A stretch of DNA of 63,932 bases, filler included, from Octopus bimaculoides (Eukaryota): assembly GCF_001194135.2 (NCBI RefSeq). It is 4 parts of 4 records of this genome, joined end to end, with 100 filler letters (N's around TTAATTAATTAA, not from the genome) between each part and the next. Parts side by side here need not be neighbours in the genome. Positions count along the whole stretch, not along the records: positions 22,816 to 37,626 come from NC_069004.1; positions 37,727 to 59,992 come from NC_068984.1; 2 more parts are not named here. One strand, written 5' to 3'. A program made the position numbers and the translations under genes. The notes under the pieces were generated by a model. That model saw only the letters and a list, made by a program, of their open reading frames with translations, did not search any database and was not told the DNA's origin. Of this stretch, positions 26,721 through 40,650 are shown in pieces (the stretch's first letter is position 1; each line of letters opens with the position of its first letter).

Positions 26721-26983
26721 NNNNNNNNNNNNNNNNNNNNNNNNNNNNNNNNNNNNNNNNNNNNNNNNNNNNNNNNNNNNNNNNNNNNNNNNNNNNNNNN
26801 NNNNNNNNNNNNNNNNNNNNNNNNNNNNNNNNNNNNNNNNNNNNNNNNNNNNNNNNNNNNNNNNNNNNNNNNNNNNNNNNNNNNNNNNNNNNNNNNNNNN
26901 NNNNNNNNNNNNNNNNNNNNNNNNNNNNNNNNNNNNNNNNNNNNNNNNNNNNNNNNNNNNNNNNNNNNNNNNNNNNNNNNNNN

Positions 26984-27126
26984 GAAGATTCCTCAGATGT
27001 TTTGGTAAGGTTTTAAATAGCTGTAGGCCCTTGAATCCCAAGCTATTGCAATACATGGTTCTCACACTAGACGGGATACCTGGGACTTTGGAACAGTGTT
27101 GTGGCGTCCAGTTCAAATACGCATAA
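26984..27126 (-). mobile_element. CR1-type LINE ORF2 C-terminal fragment
   Basis: RTMYCNSLGFKGLQLFKTLPKHLRNL, running into a gap. Confidence 0.65.
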
Positions 27127-27401
27127 ATTAAACAACAGACACTCGCCGTAACGCGAGTGCACAGCAGGAAAGAACTTCAGCGTAAGAACTTCCACCCGAC
27201 AAGTGTTTTGGCCCTTATACCTGACACCATACGGGAGCCGGGCTCATCCAGGCCATGACTCCTAGGTGTTCTCCTGCTGCTTTTCAAAATCCTGTCTCCA
27301 GCATGGTTTGCACTTGCGTCGTTCTTTTATTCCCAGGTTTGTGTTTCAGCCCTTAGGCCACTCTTGCTGACGAAGCAACCAGCGCGTTTCTTCCTCCTCT
27401 G

Positions 27402-27481
<80 letters not shown>

Positions 27482-27774
27482 GGATAGATAGATGGATAGA
27501 TAACTTTCTTTTATTAGCCACACAGGGCTGTACACAGAGGGGACAAATACAATTGTAAAGCTTTTCTTTTAGAAAAAAAGAAAACGAAATTCGATCAAAA
27601 GGGATCGGTAGTAAAAAGAAAAAGAAAAAGGATCAAAAGGGATCGTATATCACAAAAAATGCCAATAGTATAAAAAAAGGGGAAACATTACGTTTATCCA
27701 TGGAGAGAAAAGCTTACGGAAAAAGACCACGGTAACCTTACCAGGGAATAGACACATGAGAGCAAGGTGCTCTC

Positions 27775-27858
<84 letters not shown>

Positions 27859-28025
27859 GGATGGATGGATATATAGATAGATAGATGGATAGCTAGATAT
27901 GCATGCATACACACAGACAGATAGACAAACAGACATGCTGACATACAGTTTTGTGTTCGAGGATTGAAGACTTCAATGCATGATGTCATGTTCGTGAGCG
28001 TACGTATGTCTCTATATGGATACGT

Positions 28026-28074
<49 letters not shown>

Positions 28075-28689
28075 NNNNNNNNNNNNNNNNNNNNNNNNNN
28101 NNNNNNNNNNNNNNNNNNNNNNNNNNNNNNNNNNNNNNNNNNNNNNNNNNNNNNNNNNNNNNNNNNNNNNNNNNNNNNNNNNNNNNNNNNNNNNNNNNNN
28201 NNNNNNNNNNNNNNNNNNNNNNNNNNNNNNNNNNNNNNNNNNNNNNNNNNNNNNNNNNNNNNNNNNNNNNNNNNNNNNNNNNNNNNNNNNNNNNNNNNNN
28301 NNNNNNNNNNNNNNNNNNNNNNNNNNNNNNNNNNNNNNNNNNNNNNNNNNNNNNNNNNNNNNNNNNNNNNNNNNNNNNNNNNNNNNNNNNNNNNNNNNNN
28401 NNNNNNNNNNNNNNNNNNNNNNNNNNNNNNNNNNNNNNNNNNNNNNNNNNNNNNNNNNNNNNNNNNNNNNNNNNNNNNNNNNNNNNNNNNNNNNNNNNNN
28501 NNNNTATATTTCATTATCATTGCGTCTTGTCATACATAAACTAAATACACACACACAGAGACACACATGCACACAAACACACACACGTGCGCACATACAC
28601 ACACACACACACACGCACACACGCGCACACTCACACACGCAATCACACATTTCTTATTATTATGGTTTAGGCTGTTTAATATTTTAATG

Positions 28690-29015
28690 TTTCGTCGACA
28701 GGGAGCGTTTGTTGGTACGAAGCTTGCTTCACAGCCACCTAGTTCCGAGTTCAGTCCCACTGCGTGGGCACCCGAGGCAAATGTCTTCTACTACAACCTC
28801 GGGCTGACCGGTAGACGGAAACTCAAGGAAGCCCGTCGTATATAGGCGCAAGCGTGACTGTGTGGTAAGATGCTTGTTTCCCAACCACATGCCTCTGGGT
28901 TCAGTCCCGCTGCGTGGCACTTTGAGCATATGTCTTCTACTATAATCTTGGGCAGACCAAAGTCTTGTGAATGGATTTGGTAGACGGAAACTGAAGGAAG
29001 CCCGTCGTATATAGG
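28690..29015 (+). mobile_element. Two tandem SINE family A heads
   Basis: Repeated gagttcagtcccactgcgtg / gggttcagtcccgctgcgtggcac ... gtagacggaaact...gaagcccgtcgtatataggcgc. Confidence 0.8.
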
Positions 29016-29141
29016 CGCTTACATTGACCCCAGTGTTTCACTGGTACTTAAATTATCGATCCTAAATGGTTGAAAGGCAAAGACGACCTTAGCGGAATTT
29101 CAACTCAACTCAGAACGTAGCGATGAGCGTTTCATCCAGCT

Positions 29142-29233
29142 GAAGAAGAAGAAGAAGAAGAAGAAGAAGAAGAAGAAGAAGAAGAAGAAGAAGAAGAAGA
29201 AGAAGAAGAAGAAGAAGAAGAAGAAGAAGAAGA
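29142..29233 (+). repeat. (GAA)n microsatellite
   Basis: About 30 perfect GAA units. Confidence 0.97.
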
Positions 29234-29522
29234 ATCTGCGGATTCGGTACTTCACGTTATGAAAGTGAAAGTAGACCTGAACGGGATTTGAAATCGAAAG
29301 GCAGAGAACAGAAGCGCAACACGCAGAGCAAGTCTATGCGATGCTCTAACAACTCTGCCATTTGGTCTTAATGAATTAATTGCTCACACTAATTATCTCG
29401 ACAACTTCTACAATATACAGACAATGTCAATATCGTGAAAGGAACACATTAAGAGCGATCACGGTCCACACAGACACACACACACACACACATGCACACA
29501 TGCGCATGCATGCACATAAACA

Positions 29523-29752
29523 TGGCGAGCTGGCAGAAAGGTTAGCACGCCGGGCGAAATGCTTAGCGGTATTTCGTCTGACGTTACGTTCTGAGTTCAA
29601 ATTCCGCCGAGGTCGACTCTGCCTTTCATCCTTTCGCGGACGATTAAATAAGTACCAGTTACGCACTGGGGTCGGTATAATCGACTTAATCCGTTTGTCT
29701 GTCCTTGTTTGTCCCCTCTGTGTGTAGCCCCTTGTGGGTAGTAAAGAAATAA
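29523..29752 (+). mobile_element. SINE family B, full length, young
   Basis: ggcgagctggcagaaaggttagcacgccgggcg...gagttcaaattccgccgagg...ccccttgtgggtagtaaagaaataa. Confidence 0.9.
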
Positions 29753-30171
29753 CACATGCACACATGCACACAGACGTACAAACGTACATGCACACAAGTA
29801 TGAACACACATATTCATATCCACATGTACACACACATGTACACGTTTATGCACATACACAGAGACATGCACACACACATGTACACATGCGCATGCATGCA
29901 CATAAACATGCATACACACATGTGAACGCATACATGCGCACATTTATGCACACACATATTTACGTACATGCACCTCTGTGGACACACGCACATATTCCCA
30001 CGCACGCACACACACGCATATACACTCACACACATACACACACACACGCATATGCACATATACACACTCACACACGCTCACGCATATAATCACATTCACA
30101 CGCACATACAAGCTCACGCATATGCCCATTCACATACACACACACACTCGCGCATATGCACATATACACAT

Positions 30172-30210
<39 letters not shown>

Positions 30211-30995
30211 CACACATGGAAACCGGTTTCGTACGACTGGTCTATTTGATCCCTCGTGGATTATATTGACTCCGTCTCACAAACCTCCACCNNNNNNNNN
30301 NNNNNNNNNNNNNNNNNNNNNNNNNNNNNNNNNNNNNNNNNNNNNNNNNNNNNNNNNNNNNNNNNNNNNNNNNNNNNNNNNNNNNNNNNNNNNNNNNNNN
30401 NNNNNNNNNNNNNNNNNNNNNNNNNNNNNNNNNNNNNNNNNNNNNNNNNNNNNNNNNNNNNNNNNNNNNNNNNNNNNNNNNNNNNNNNNNNNNNNNNNNN
30501 NNNNNNNNNNNNNNNNNNNNNNNNNNNNNNNNNNNNNNNNNNNNNNNNNNNNNNNNNNNNNNNNNNNNNNNNNNNNNNNNNNNNNNNNNNNNNNNNNNNN
30601 NNNNNNNNNNNNNNNNNNNNNNNNNNNNNNNNNNNNNNNNNNNNNNNNNNNNNNNNNNNNNNNNNNNNNNNNNNNNNNNNNNNNNNNNNNNNNNNNNNNN
30701 NNNNNNNNTAAATACACACACACACACACGCACACACACGCACACACACACGCACAGACACACACACACACACTCACATAATGAAAAGTATTATTTCAAA
30801 TTTGGACGGGTGGAGGTAAGTCGAAACCTTCAGCCACAGTACTTTACTAGACCCCCTTTTTTGACCCCGAAATAATGAAATGCAAAGGTGGTTTTAGCAG
30901 GATTAGAAATGTGAACTTAAAGAGACTAGAAGTGTAAGGTATCTGCATATCCTTTTTACTGTTGCTCTAGCGATTCTGCAAATCCGCTGATAGCA

Positions 30996-31043
<48 letters not shown>

Positions 31044-31189
31044 TAGCTGGACTCGTGAAAATTCACGGAAAACATTAAAAAATGTAAGCATTTGTGAACA
31101 GTGTACTGATGCTATGAGAAATGTTTGTATATTATGACCGTCTGTTTTTACGTTCTGAGTTCAAATTCTGGCGAGGTTGATTTTGACTT

Positions 31190-31425
31190 TCTTATTTCTT
31201 TATTGCCCACAAGGGGCTAAACATAGAGGGGACAAACAAAGACACACAAAGGGATTAAGTCGATTACATCGACCCCAGTGCGTAAATGGTACTTAATTTA
31301 TCGATCCCGATAGGATGAAAGGCAAAGTCGACCTTGGCGGAATTTGAACTCAGAACGTAAAGGCAGACGAAGTACCGCTAAGCATTTCGCCCGACGTGCT
31401 AACGTTTCTGCCAGCTCGCCATCTT
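31190..31425 (-). mobile_element. SINE family B, full length
   Basis: Reverse complement of the 29523 copy. Confidence 0.9.
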
Positions 31426-31779
31426 AAGCCAATGGTATATTGCCAAGAAAACAACAAGCCAACTCTTTTGATAAGCTATTGCAATGGCTACAAAGATCTC
31501 CTCCATCTCTAGAACTACCAACAGCTCTAATACTAACTCTACAACCACCACCACCACCATCATCAGCTAGCCAATGTCGTCCCGCCACTTGCTCCCCACC
31601 ACGCCACCTGGTGTTAGAGCCAGCTACTGTATAATGGCAACTAAGCCCTTCTTACCTGTGTTTATGATTTAACCCTTACTCCGGCACCTTGTGAAAACAG
31701 TGCTAACAAATACTGTGTGCAAAGAGGGTGGTGGGGAGGTCAATCAATTAAGATCTGGTCACTTGACTGACCTAACATT

Positions 31780-32393
31780 TTGACATGTTGTCAGATTGGT
31801 AGCGGTGGTGGTGGAGATGGCGGTGCGAAGCGTGGAGGCGGGGGTGATTAAAGACAGACTGAGGAGAGGTACAGCCGAGGCTGAGAGAATAGTGAGAAGA
31901 TAGCAGCCATATTGGATATAGCATAGAACAGGATGATGGTGGCGGTGATGGTGGTGGTATTGTTGTGCTTGTGACTGATGGTGGTGATGGTGATGGCGAT
32001 GGTTGTAGTGGTGTTGTGGTGGTAGTGATGATAGTGATATTGGTTGTGATGGTGGCGGTGTCGGTGGTCCTGGGGGATTGTTGAGGGTGATGGTGTTATT
32101 GGTGGTGGTGGTGGTGAAGGTGGTGTTGGTGTTGGTGGTGTTTTGTGGTGATGGTGGTGGTAGTACTGATGGTGGTGGTGGTGGTGCTGTTGCTGCTGCT
32201 GCTGCTGCTGCTGCTGGTGATGCTGCTGCTGTTTCTAATGGTGGGTGGTGCTGATGGTGAATGGGGATGGTTTCGGCGGGAGAAAGAGATTATGATGATG
32301 AAGAGGAATGTGGGAGGGTGGAGTCGGGATGGATGAGGAAGGGGAAGGGCAGGTAGAAGAGGTGACGACGATCTTCATGATAATGTTGATGAC

Positions 32394-32435
<42 letters not shown>

Positions 32436-32793
32436 AATGATAATGATAATGTTCATGATGACGGCGTCGAAGATGGGGATAAACGGTGGAGGCAGCAATA
32501 ACGATGCTGAAGACAATGGTAGTGATGATGATCGTCAAAGTGGAACTGCAGTTGGCGCTTATGATGACGGTGATGATGATGATGATGATGATCACGACGA
32601 CGATGATGATGATGATGATATGATGACGATGATGATGATGAAGATGATGACAATGATGATGATGATGACGACGATGATGACGATGATGATGACGATTGTG
32701 ATACGTTCAGTCCAATTGTGAAGCTTTTATTTGAATTGGCAAACGTATTGGATGAAGGTGGAATTACTACTACAACTACTACTTCTACTACTT

Positions 32794-32838
<45 letters not shown>

Positions 32839-33475
32839 TCACTGCCACTGCCACTTGCAGTAGTAGCAGTAGGAGGAGGAGGAGGAGGAGGAGGAGGAGG
32901 GGTAGAAGAAAGGAGGTTAGATAGTGTAATAGCTATTTCAGCTCNNNNNNNNNNNNNNNNNNNNNNNNNNNNNNNNNNNNNNNNNNNNNNNNNNNNNNNN
33001 NNNNNNNNNNNNNNNNNNNNNNNNNNNNNNNNNNNNNNNNNNNNNNNNNNNNNNNNNNNNNNNNNNNNNNNNNNNNNNNNNNNNNNNNNNNNNNNNNNNN
33101 NNNNNNNNNNNNNNNNNNNNNNNNNNNNNNNNNNNNNNNNNNNNNNNNNNNNNNNNNNNNNNNNNNNNNNNNNNNNNNNNNNNNNNNNNNNNNNNNNNNN
33201 NNNNNNNNNNNNNNNNNNNNNNNNNNNNNNNNNNNNNNNNNNNNNNNNNNNNNNNNNNNNNNNNNNNNNNNNNNNNNNNNNNNNNNNNNNNNNNNNNNNN
33301 NNNNNNNNNNNNNNNNNNNNNNNNNNNNNNNNNNNNNNNNNNNNNNNNNNNNNNNNNNNNNNNNNNNNNNNNNNNNNNNNNNNNNNNNNNNNNNNNNNNN
33401 NNNNNNNNNNNNNNNNNNNNNNNNNNNNNNNNNNNNNNNNNNNNNNNNNNNNNNNNNNNNNNNACTACTACTAAC

Positions 33476-33515
<40 letters not shown>

Positions 33516-33620
33516 GAGAGGACGAGGAGGAGGAGGAGGAGGAGGAGGAGGAGGATAAAGATGATGGTGATGATGATGATGAGGAGGAGGATAAGGATGA
33601 TGGTGACGATGATGAAGGTG
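31780..33620. repeat. Mosaic of trinucleotide repeats (GGT, GCT, GAT, ACT, GGA, AAT), interrupted by a gap
   Basis: Directly visible; produces the spurious poly-V/L/M/D/T ORFs in the track. Confidence 0.95.
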
Positions 33621-34223
33621 AATAACCGATTTTCTAAGCGTTGCATAAAGTTCGGATGAAAATGTGCACTCGGAACTGCTTCACCGAATCAGCAGGAGAT
33701 TGTGTTTTATAAAAGAGCAAAAACGATCAGCGTGTATTGGTGACAGGTATATTATCGTTCAATCGAGGGAATATGGTTTCTAAAAGAAACAGCGACCCCC
33801 AGAAAGGTCGACAGATTGTGGAAATGAATAATAACATATTTGTCTCAAGATAACTGCATATGTATACAGTCGTAATGTTTGTATATACACAAGATGGAAA
33901 CACTTTGGGTACGGAATATATGCCAACACACACAGATACACACACATGTATAAACATACATTATTACACATAATTATATATATATTTATATACATATATA
34001 TATGCACACATCAACATATATAGAAGCATTGAATACATACATATATATGCCCATACACACTCACACACAAACATACATACACACACACATATTGGTAATT
34101 TATTATTCTCCATTTTACTAAACTGAGATCTTACACTTTGTGACATTAAATATATATGATGATAATATTGCATCAATGATGTATGATGGATGTGTATGTG
34201 TGCTTATATACATATATACATAC

Positions 34224-34274
<51 letters not shown>

Positions 34275-35519
34275 NNNNNNNNNNNNNNNNNNNNNNNNNN
34301 NNNNNNNNNNNNNNNNNNNNNNNNNNNNNNNNNNNNNNNNNNNNNNNNNNNNNNNNNNNNNNNNNNNNNNNNNNNNNNNNNNNNNNNNNNNNNNNNNNNN
34401 NNNNNNNNNNNNNNNNNNNNNNNNNNNNNNNNNNNNNNNNNNNNNNNNNNNNNNNNNNNNNNNNNNNNNNNNNNNNNNNNNNNNNNNNNNNNNNNNNNNN
34501 NNNNNNNNNNNNNNNNNNNNNNNNNNNNNNNNNNNNNNNNNNNNNNNNNNNNNNNNNNNNNNNNNNNNNNNNNNNNNNNNNNNNNNNNNNNNNNNNNNNN
34601 NNNNNNNNNNNNNNNNNNNNNNNNNNNNNNNNNNNNNNNNNNNNNNNNNNNNNNNNNNNNNNNNNNNNNNNNNNNNNNNNNNNNNNNNNNNNNNNNNNNN
34701 NNNNNNNNNNNNNNNNNNNNNNNNNNNNNNNNNNNNNNNNNNNNNNNNNNNNNNNNNNNNNNNNNNNNNNNNNNNNNNNNNNNNNNNNNNNNNNNNNNNN
34801 NNNNNNNNNNNNNNNNNNNNNNNNNNNNNNNNNNNNNNNNNNNNNNNNNNNNNNNNNNNNNNNNNNNNNNNNNNNNNNNNNNNNNNNNNNNNNNNNNNNN
34901 NNNNNNNNNNNNNNNNNNNNNNNNNNNNNNNNNNNNNNNNNNNNNNNNNNNNNNNNNNNNNNNNNNNNNNNNNNNNNNNNNNNNNNNNNNNNNNNNNNNN
35001 NNNNNNNNNNNNNNNNNNNNNNNNNNNNNNNNNNNNNNNNNNNNNNNNNNNNNNNNNNNNNNNNNNNNNNNNNNNNNNNNNNNNNNNNNNNNNNNNNNNN
35101 NNNNNNNNNNNNNNNNNNNNNNNNNTATGCATATGTATATACACAGACACATTTTTTTCCCTTCCACAAATCTGTCAAAAGTACATTTTACATTTAATAT
35201 CGACATCGATATATTGTTTCCACAATTTATTGTCTTCAGAAATCTTTCTTTCTTTTTTTTTTTTGCTTTTCTTGTTTTAGTTTGTCATAAATATTTCACA
35301 AAAACCAGAATATACAGATACACATGAGAGAGCGAACGAGCGAGCGACAGAGAAAGAAACAGACAAACAGAGAATAAAAGAGAGAGAGAGAGAGAGAGGG
35401 GTCTTGTTAGTCCTCGTATTACATGCTATAAATCTAGATTGAAGCGATTGTCTTTTATCTTTAGAAGATTATTTATCAGCTACTTAGCACTTTATTGTGA
35501 CTCAAATCTAACACCAAGC

Positions 35520-35860
35520 TTAGCACCACCGTCGATCCTTTGGCTGTGTGTACCGGTTTCCACTCTGTTACGAGGGTTTGAACCCAGGCACAGGCTTAAG
35601 AGCAAATCCATAAGATTTTTTAATTTCTTCTCCTTTTCCTTTCATTACCGGTCCCTCAAGTAAACACACTCACACAAAAACACCAGGTTTAGCGCCACTA
35701 TCGGTCCCTTGGATGACTTTAGCAGTTTCTACTCTGTTACAAGGGTTTAAAACCAAGCACAGTTTTAATACTATTTCCACAAGATTTTGAGCATTTTTGC
35801 CCTTCTTCCTTTCACCAGCGGACCTTCAAATTAACACAATCACCCGCATACACACACAAA
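35520..35860. repeat. Diverged ~170-bp tandem duplication
   Basis: 35520-35665 vs 35690-35837; about 84 of 110 positions identical in an ungapped block (hand count). Confidence 0.85.
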
Positions 35861-36059
35861 AACACATACATACAAACACATATACACACATACACACACA
35901 CGCAGACACACACACGCAGACACACACATACAGGTACACACATAAACACATATATCAGTTCCGTTTCCTTTTAATTTAGAATAGTGCTTCTCAATCAAGA
36001 TCTATATGACCCTTAGGGATCATGGACCCTGAGGGGGTCCATATAAGATTTTGTGGTTA

Positions 36060-36290
36060 AAGTCCAGAACTCCAAGAAGTCCAGATCTCACTCTATGTGA
36101 TTTTTACCTGTGGGGTTACACAAAAGAGGTGTACAAGACAAAACCTCGCACACTAGAGGACTTGGAGACACGGATTTAGGAAGTTCTCAATGATATCCTA
36201 GACGACGTCCTTCAGAAGGTTGTTCATTCCATCCTTGGCTGTTTAAGGAAGATGGTTGATGCCACCGTTGCTTACGTTGAAATATGAAGA
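36060..36290 (+). mobile_element. Tc1/mariner-superfamily transposase C-terminal fragment
   Basis: PRSPDLTLCDFYLWG...VYKTKPRTLEDLETRI...KMVDATVAYVEI*. Confidence 0.8.
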
Positions 36291-36459
36291 TTAAATTTTA
36301 TTTTCCCATGTAATAAAGAACATGTATCATTTGTTTCAATAAATTTGTAAAAGGAATATGGATTTTATTATCAATTTTTAATGCCTACTTACTTTTCGCC
36401 CACCCTGTTTATATACACCAGAAACTTTTCCCCACCCGCTCATGAATATAAATATACAT

Positions 36460-36652
36460 CAGTGGCGTATGTTGGTTGTTGTATCGGGTATGTTGCCACA
36501 CCCAATGCCACCAAATTTCAAACGGAGTATAACAAAAGTTTTCCATTAAGATCTGTGATTAAATTAATGCGCAAGGTTATCATTTATAATGAATTTGCCA
36601 TTTTTGATGCGTGTGCAGCGTACACCTAGCACACACGGAATATACGCCCCTG
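36460..36652. mobile_element. Small MITE
   Basis: Terminal inverted repeats cagtggcgta / tacgcccctg; no clear TSD. Confidence 0.5.
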
Positions 36653-37226
36653 AGATTAAGTAATACTTCTTAACCACATAACCAGGATTGTATTCAATCT
36701 ATAGACTGGATTTAGAGAACGAAATATAACGTGTGTAGTAGAAGAAATATCATGATTTAAAAACAAAATGAATTAATTTATCAAAAGAATCTTTGGCGCC
36801 TCTCCGTTTATATTTCCAACCCCAAAAGATAACAGTTAAAGTGTCGCTCAATAAGATTTGAAAACAGAATGTCAACGAATTTGTGTGGCTGGGACCTCGT
36901 TTCAACAACCGACATCTATAGAAGAAAAAGATATACTGCAGCGAAAACAACAACAAAAAAAAGAAGCTTGTGTCTTCATTCCTGATGACGCTTTTTACGT
37001 GTAGTAGCTGGAGGTAAATCGTTCTCATTTGGAGGATGTAGAATGACTATCTGGAAGAAAACACAGAATAGCCAGGTGAATACTGGGTACAAGAAAAGTA
37101 AATCAATAAACAAATAAACAAATTAGAAATTTAGGAAGAATATTCTATTCTCTCAAGTGAGACATTTTCTAAGATTAAACGGACAACTCATCTGAACACG
37201 GAACTCTATAGGGGGGGTAGGTTTAG

Positions 37227-37262
<36 letters not shown>

Positions 37263-37297
37263 TACACACACACACACATACACACACACACACACAC

Positions 37298-37332
<35 letters not shown>

Positions 37333-37337
37333 TATAT

Positions 37338-37585
37338 ATCAAAATAAGCAACAAGGATATTCAAAGTTAATGCAGTACGATCGTTTCATGCGACTCTATT
37401 TATTTAAGAAATGTGAATGTTCACATTGCTTAAATAAATGGAGTCGCATGAAACGATCGTACTGCATTAACTTTGGATATCCTTGTTGCATATTTTGATT
37501 TTAATGACTTTATTTTGAAATTGTATGGATAATACCATACTTAATTCTAGTGTCTAAACTTAAGTACCATATTCACCTTGAATAT
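37338..37585. repeat. Shorter foldback copy of the (TA)n-embedded element of 19928-20240
   Basis: Arms of ~80 bp meet at tgtgaatgttcaca; flanked by (TA)n. Confidence 0.8.
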
Positions 37586-37589
37586 AAAT

Positions 37590-37621
<32 letters not shown>

Positions 37622-38169
37622 TATATNNNNNNNNNNNNNNNNNNNNNNNNNNNNNNNNNNNNNNNNNNNNTTAATTAATTAANNNNNNNNNNNNNNNNNN
37701 NNNNNNNNNNNNNNNNNNNNNNNNNNGCGGCGGTTGTGGTGTTGGTGCGGCTGTGGTTGTGGCGGTGGCGGTGGTGGTGCTGGCAGTGCAGCGGCGGCGA
37801 CGGTGGTGGTCGTGGTGGTCGTCGCGCTGGTGACGGTGGTGGTGGTGATGGTTGTCTTGTTCTTATATATACATTGTCGTTGTTGTGCCTTTGTCTCTTT
37901 TTTTTTCTTCCAGTAATTTCCTTCCCGTTTTGGTTGAAGTAAGAATCTCGGCTGTTTCTTTGGTCATACAAAATGACTGAAAAATATTCAGAAATATTTC
38001 ATGAGGCTGGGAGGAGATTTTGTCTTTTGCTTGAATTTTGTTTCGCTTGTTCTTTCTTCCTTTTTTGCTCGTTTTCTTTTCTGTCAATAAAAGAGCCGAG
38101 TTAGTCGAATGATGCGTTCTACGATGTAAGTTTTCGTTTTTTTTTCTTGCTGTTGTTTACTGGATGTTT

Positions 38170-38770
38170 AAGCAAGGTAGAACCTTAAGCAAGACTCCCT
38201 AAAGATGCCTCAATTCATTATCATAATTGTACAGCCCCTTCGGGTTCACCTTCGCCTCCAAACTGCACAGACTCTTTTCTTGCTCTAACAAAAAATTCTC
38301 CATGAAGTTTGCGGAATCCTCTTTTCTTCTACATCTCAGCCAAGATGTAGTTTATGCGAGGGACATCATTACTGGATACTGGATGGTTTCCGTGTTGAAG
38401 GAGCTTGTTCACAGGAGCTTGTTCATAGGAGCTTGTTCACAGGAGCTTGTTCATAGGAGCTTGTTCACATGAGCTTGTTCACAGGTCCTTTTCCACTAGT
38501 ACGATTAATTTGTCATTCGACAGTTGTAGCTAATAGTAACAGACAGGGTCAAATTTTGCAGGAAGCTCCCTCCAGCGTGTGTCAAGCCTGTTCTTGAAGG
38601 CATTGACTGATAGAGCTGCGACCATACTGTTTGGCAGACTGCTCCAAGTGGCGGTTACACGCTGTACGAAAAAGCAGCTTCTAATGTTGAGCCTGCAACA
38701 GCTTGTAATGTTAAGCATCTCATCTTCTCAACCGAACTTCCTATGAAGCCAAAAAATATATTTCCTTCAA
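38170..38770 (-). mobile_element. CR1-clade LINE fragments with an internal 14-bp tandem repeat
   Basis: LNIRSCFFVQRVTATWSSLPNSMVAALSVNAFKNRLDTRW is the CR1 ORF2 C-terminus; (ggagcttgttcac/ta) x6 at 38400-38484. Confidence 0.8.
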
Positions 38771-39603
38771 ATGTCTCCATCCATCGTCGCTGCTCGTATT
38801 TCCAAAATAGTCTTCAAAGCACACCGGACTAAATACTTAGCGGTATTTCGTCCGTTTTTATNNNNNNNNNNNNNNNNNNNNNNNNNNNNNNNNNNNNNNN
38901 NNNNNNNNNNNNNNNNNNNNNNNNNNNNNNNNNNNNNNNNNNNNNNNNNNNNNNNNNNNNNNNNNNNNNNNNNNNNNNNNNNNNNNNNNNNNNNNNNNNN
39001 NNNNNNNNNNNNNNNNNNNNNNNNNNNNNNNNNNNNNNNNNNNNNNNNNNNNNNNNNNNNNNNNNNNNNNNNNNNNNNNNNNNNNNNNNNNNNNNNNNNN
39101 NNNNNNNNNNNNNNNNNNNNNNNNNNNNNNNNNNNNNNNNNNNNNNNNNNNNNNNNNNNNNNNNNNNNNNNNNNNNNNNNNNNNNNNNNNNNNNNNNNNN
39201 NNNNNNNNNNNNNNNNNNNNNNNNNNNNNNNNNNNNNNNNNNNNNNNNNNNNNNNNNNNNNNNNNNNNNNNNNNNNNNNNNNNNNNNNNNNNNNNNNNNN
39301 NNNNNNNNNNNNNNNNNNNNNNNNNNNNNNNNNNNNNNNNNNNNNNNNNNNNNNNNNNNNNNNNNNNNNNNNNNNNNNNNNNNNNNNNNNNNNNNNNNNN
39401 NNNNNNNNNNNNNNNNNNNNNNNNNNNNNNNNNNNNNNNNNNNNNNNNNNNNNNNNNNNNNNNNNNNNNNNNNNNNNNNNNNNNNNNNNNNNNNNNNNNN
39501 NNNNNNNNNNNNNNNNNNNNNNNNNNNNNNNNNNNNNNNNNNNNNNNNNNNNNNNNNNNNNNNNNNNNNNNNNNNNNNNNNNNNNNNNNNNNNNNNNNNN
39601 NNN

Positions 39604-39645
<42 letters not shown>

Positions 39646-39770
39646 GTATGTATGTATGTATGATACAGATGGGATTAAAATCCAAGCTGTATATATAAAA
39701 ATATATGTATATGTATTAGTGTGTACGTGTGTACACTTATAGCATCAATCTCCTTCTCTCACTCCCCTCC

Positions 39771-39804
<34 letters not shown>

Positions 39805-40059
39805 GTATTACTAGATTTGCTCTTTATTTTCATTAACTATTTCCCCTCTGGCTGTCTGAAGGACGCCTGATCACTAACTGTATGTCAAACACTTCACCCA
39901 AATGAATATTTTACATTATTTAATTCTCAGTCTGAAAAATTTCTACAGAAGATGTTTCAGATCTTTTCTCTTACCTGTACAATTTTGTAATTCTTTTTAA
40001 CAGATGAAATTTGTGTAATTGGGATTAATTAATGCCAAAAAATTTTTCCAGACTCCTGT

Positions 40060-40350
40060 TTTGGTAATTACGCTGGAATATATATAAATACAAACATACA
40101 AACAAACATACAATTCTGCACATACATACATACATACATACATACATGCATGCATACATACATACAAACATGCATACATACACACACATACCCTGTGGCT
40201 GACGTTGAAATCCCAAGGAAGGAGCCTTGGATCTAGGTTAGAAACCGGCTCTTTCTCTATTGGCAAGAAATCTTGAGATAAAACTGAATACACACATGCG
40301 TATATACATACATACAAACAAAAATACCCTGTTGTTGATGTTGAAATCCC
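40060..40350 (+). mobile_element. 3' UTR of the RLE retroelement family (no ORF)
   Basis: ctgcacatac(atac)n-ataccctgt...ggatctaggttagaaaccgg...aactgaata; same as 53660-53820 and, inverted, 42285-42390. Confidence 0.7.
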
Positions 40351-40454
40351 CCGCCACACACACACACACATATATATATATATACACATATATATGGAGG
40401 CACAATGGCCCAGTGGTTAGGGCAGCAGTATTGGTTTCGCAAAACTAGCAAACT

Positions 40455-40650
40455 CGGGTGGGGGTGGGGAGTAAGGTGATTGCATCGACCTCAATTCTCA
40501 ACTGGTACTTAATTTATCGACCCCAAAAGGATAAAAGGCAAAATCGACCTCGGTGGAATTTGAATTTAGAACGTAAAGACGGACGAAGCACCTATAAGCA
40601 ATTTTTTTTTTCCCCGGCATGCTAACGACTCTGCCAACCTGCCGCCTTAT
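40455..40650 (-). mobile_element. SINE family B
   Basis: ggataaaaggcaaaatcgacctcggtggaatttgaatttagaacg. Confidence 0.75.

Noticed and set aside
29523-29620. tRNA-like A/B boxes
   Set aside because: SINE heads, not functional tRNA genes; no complete cloverleaf.
32290-32930. Poly-Asp/Met/Thr/Leu ORFs
   Set aside because: Shifting triplet microsatellites with stops, no splice signals or domains.
38400-38484. 14-bp repeat x6 resembling a small array
   Set aside because: No spacers; a simple slippage repeat inside a CR1 fragment, not CRISPR-like.
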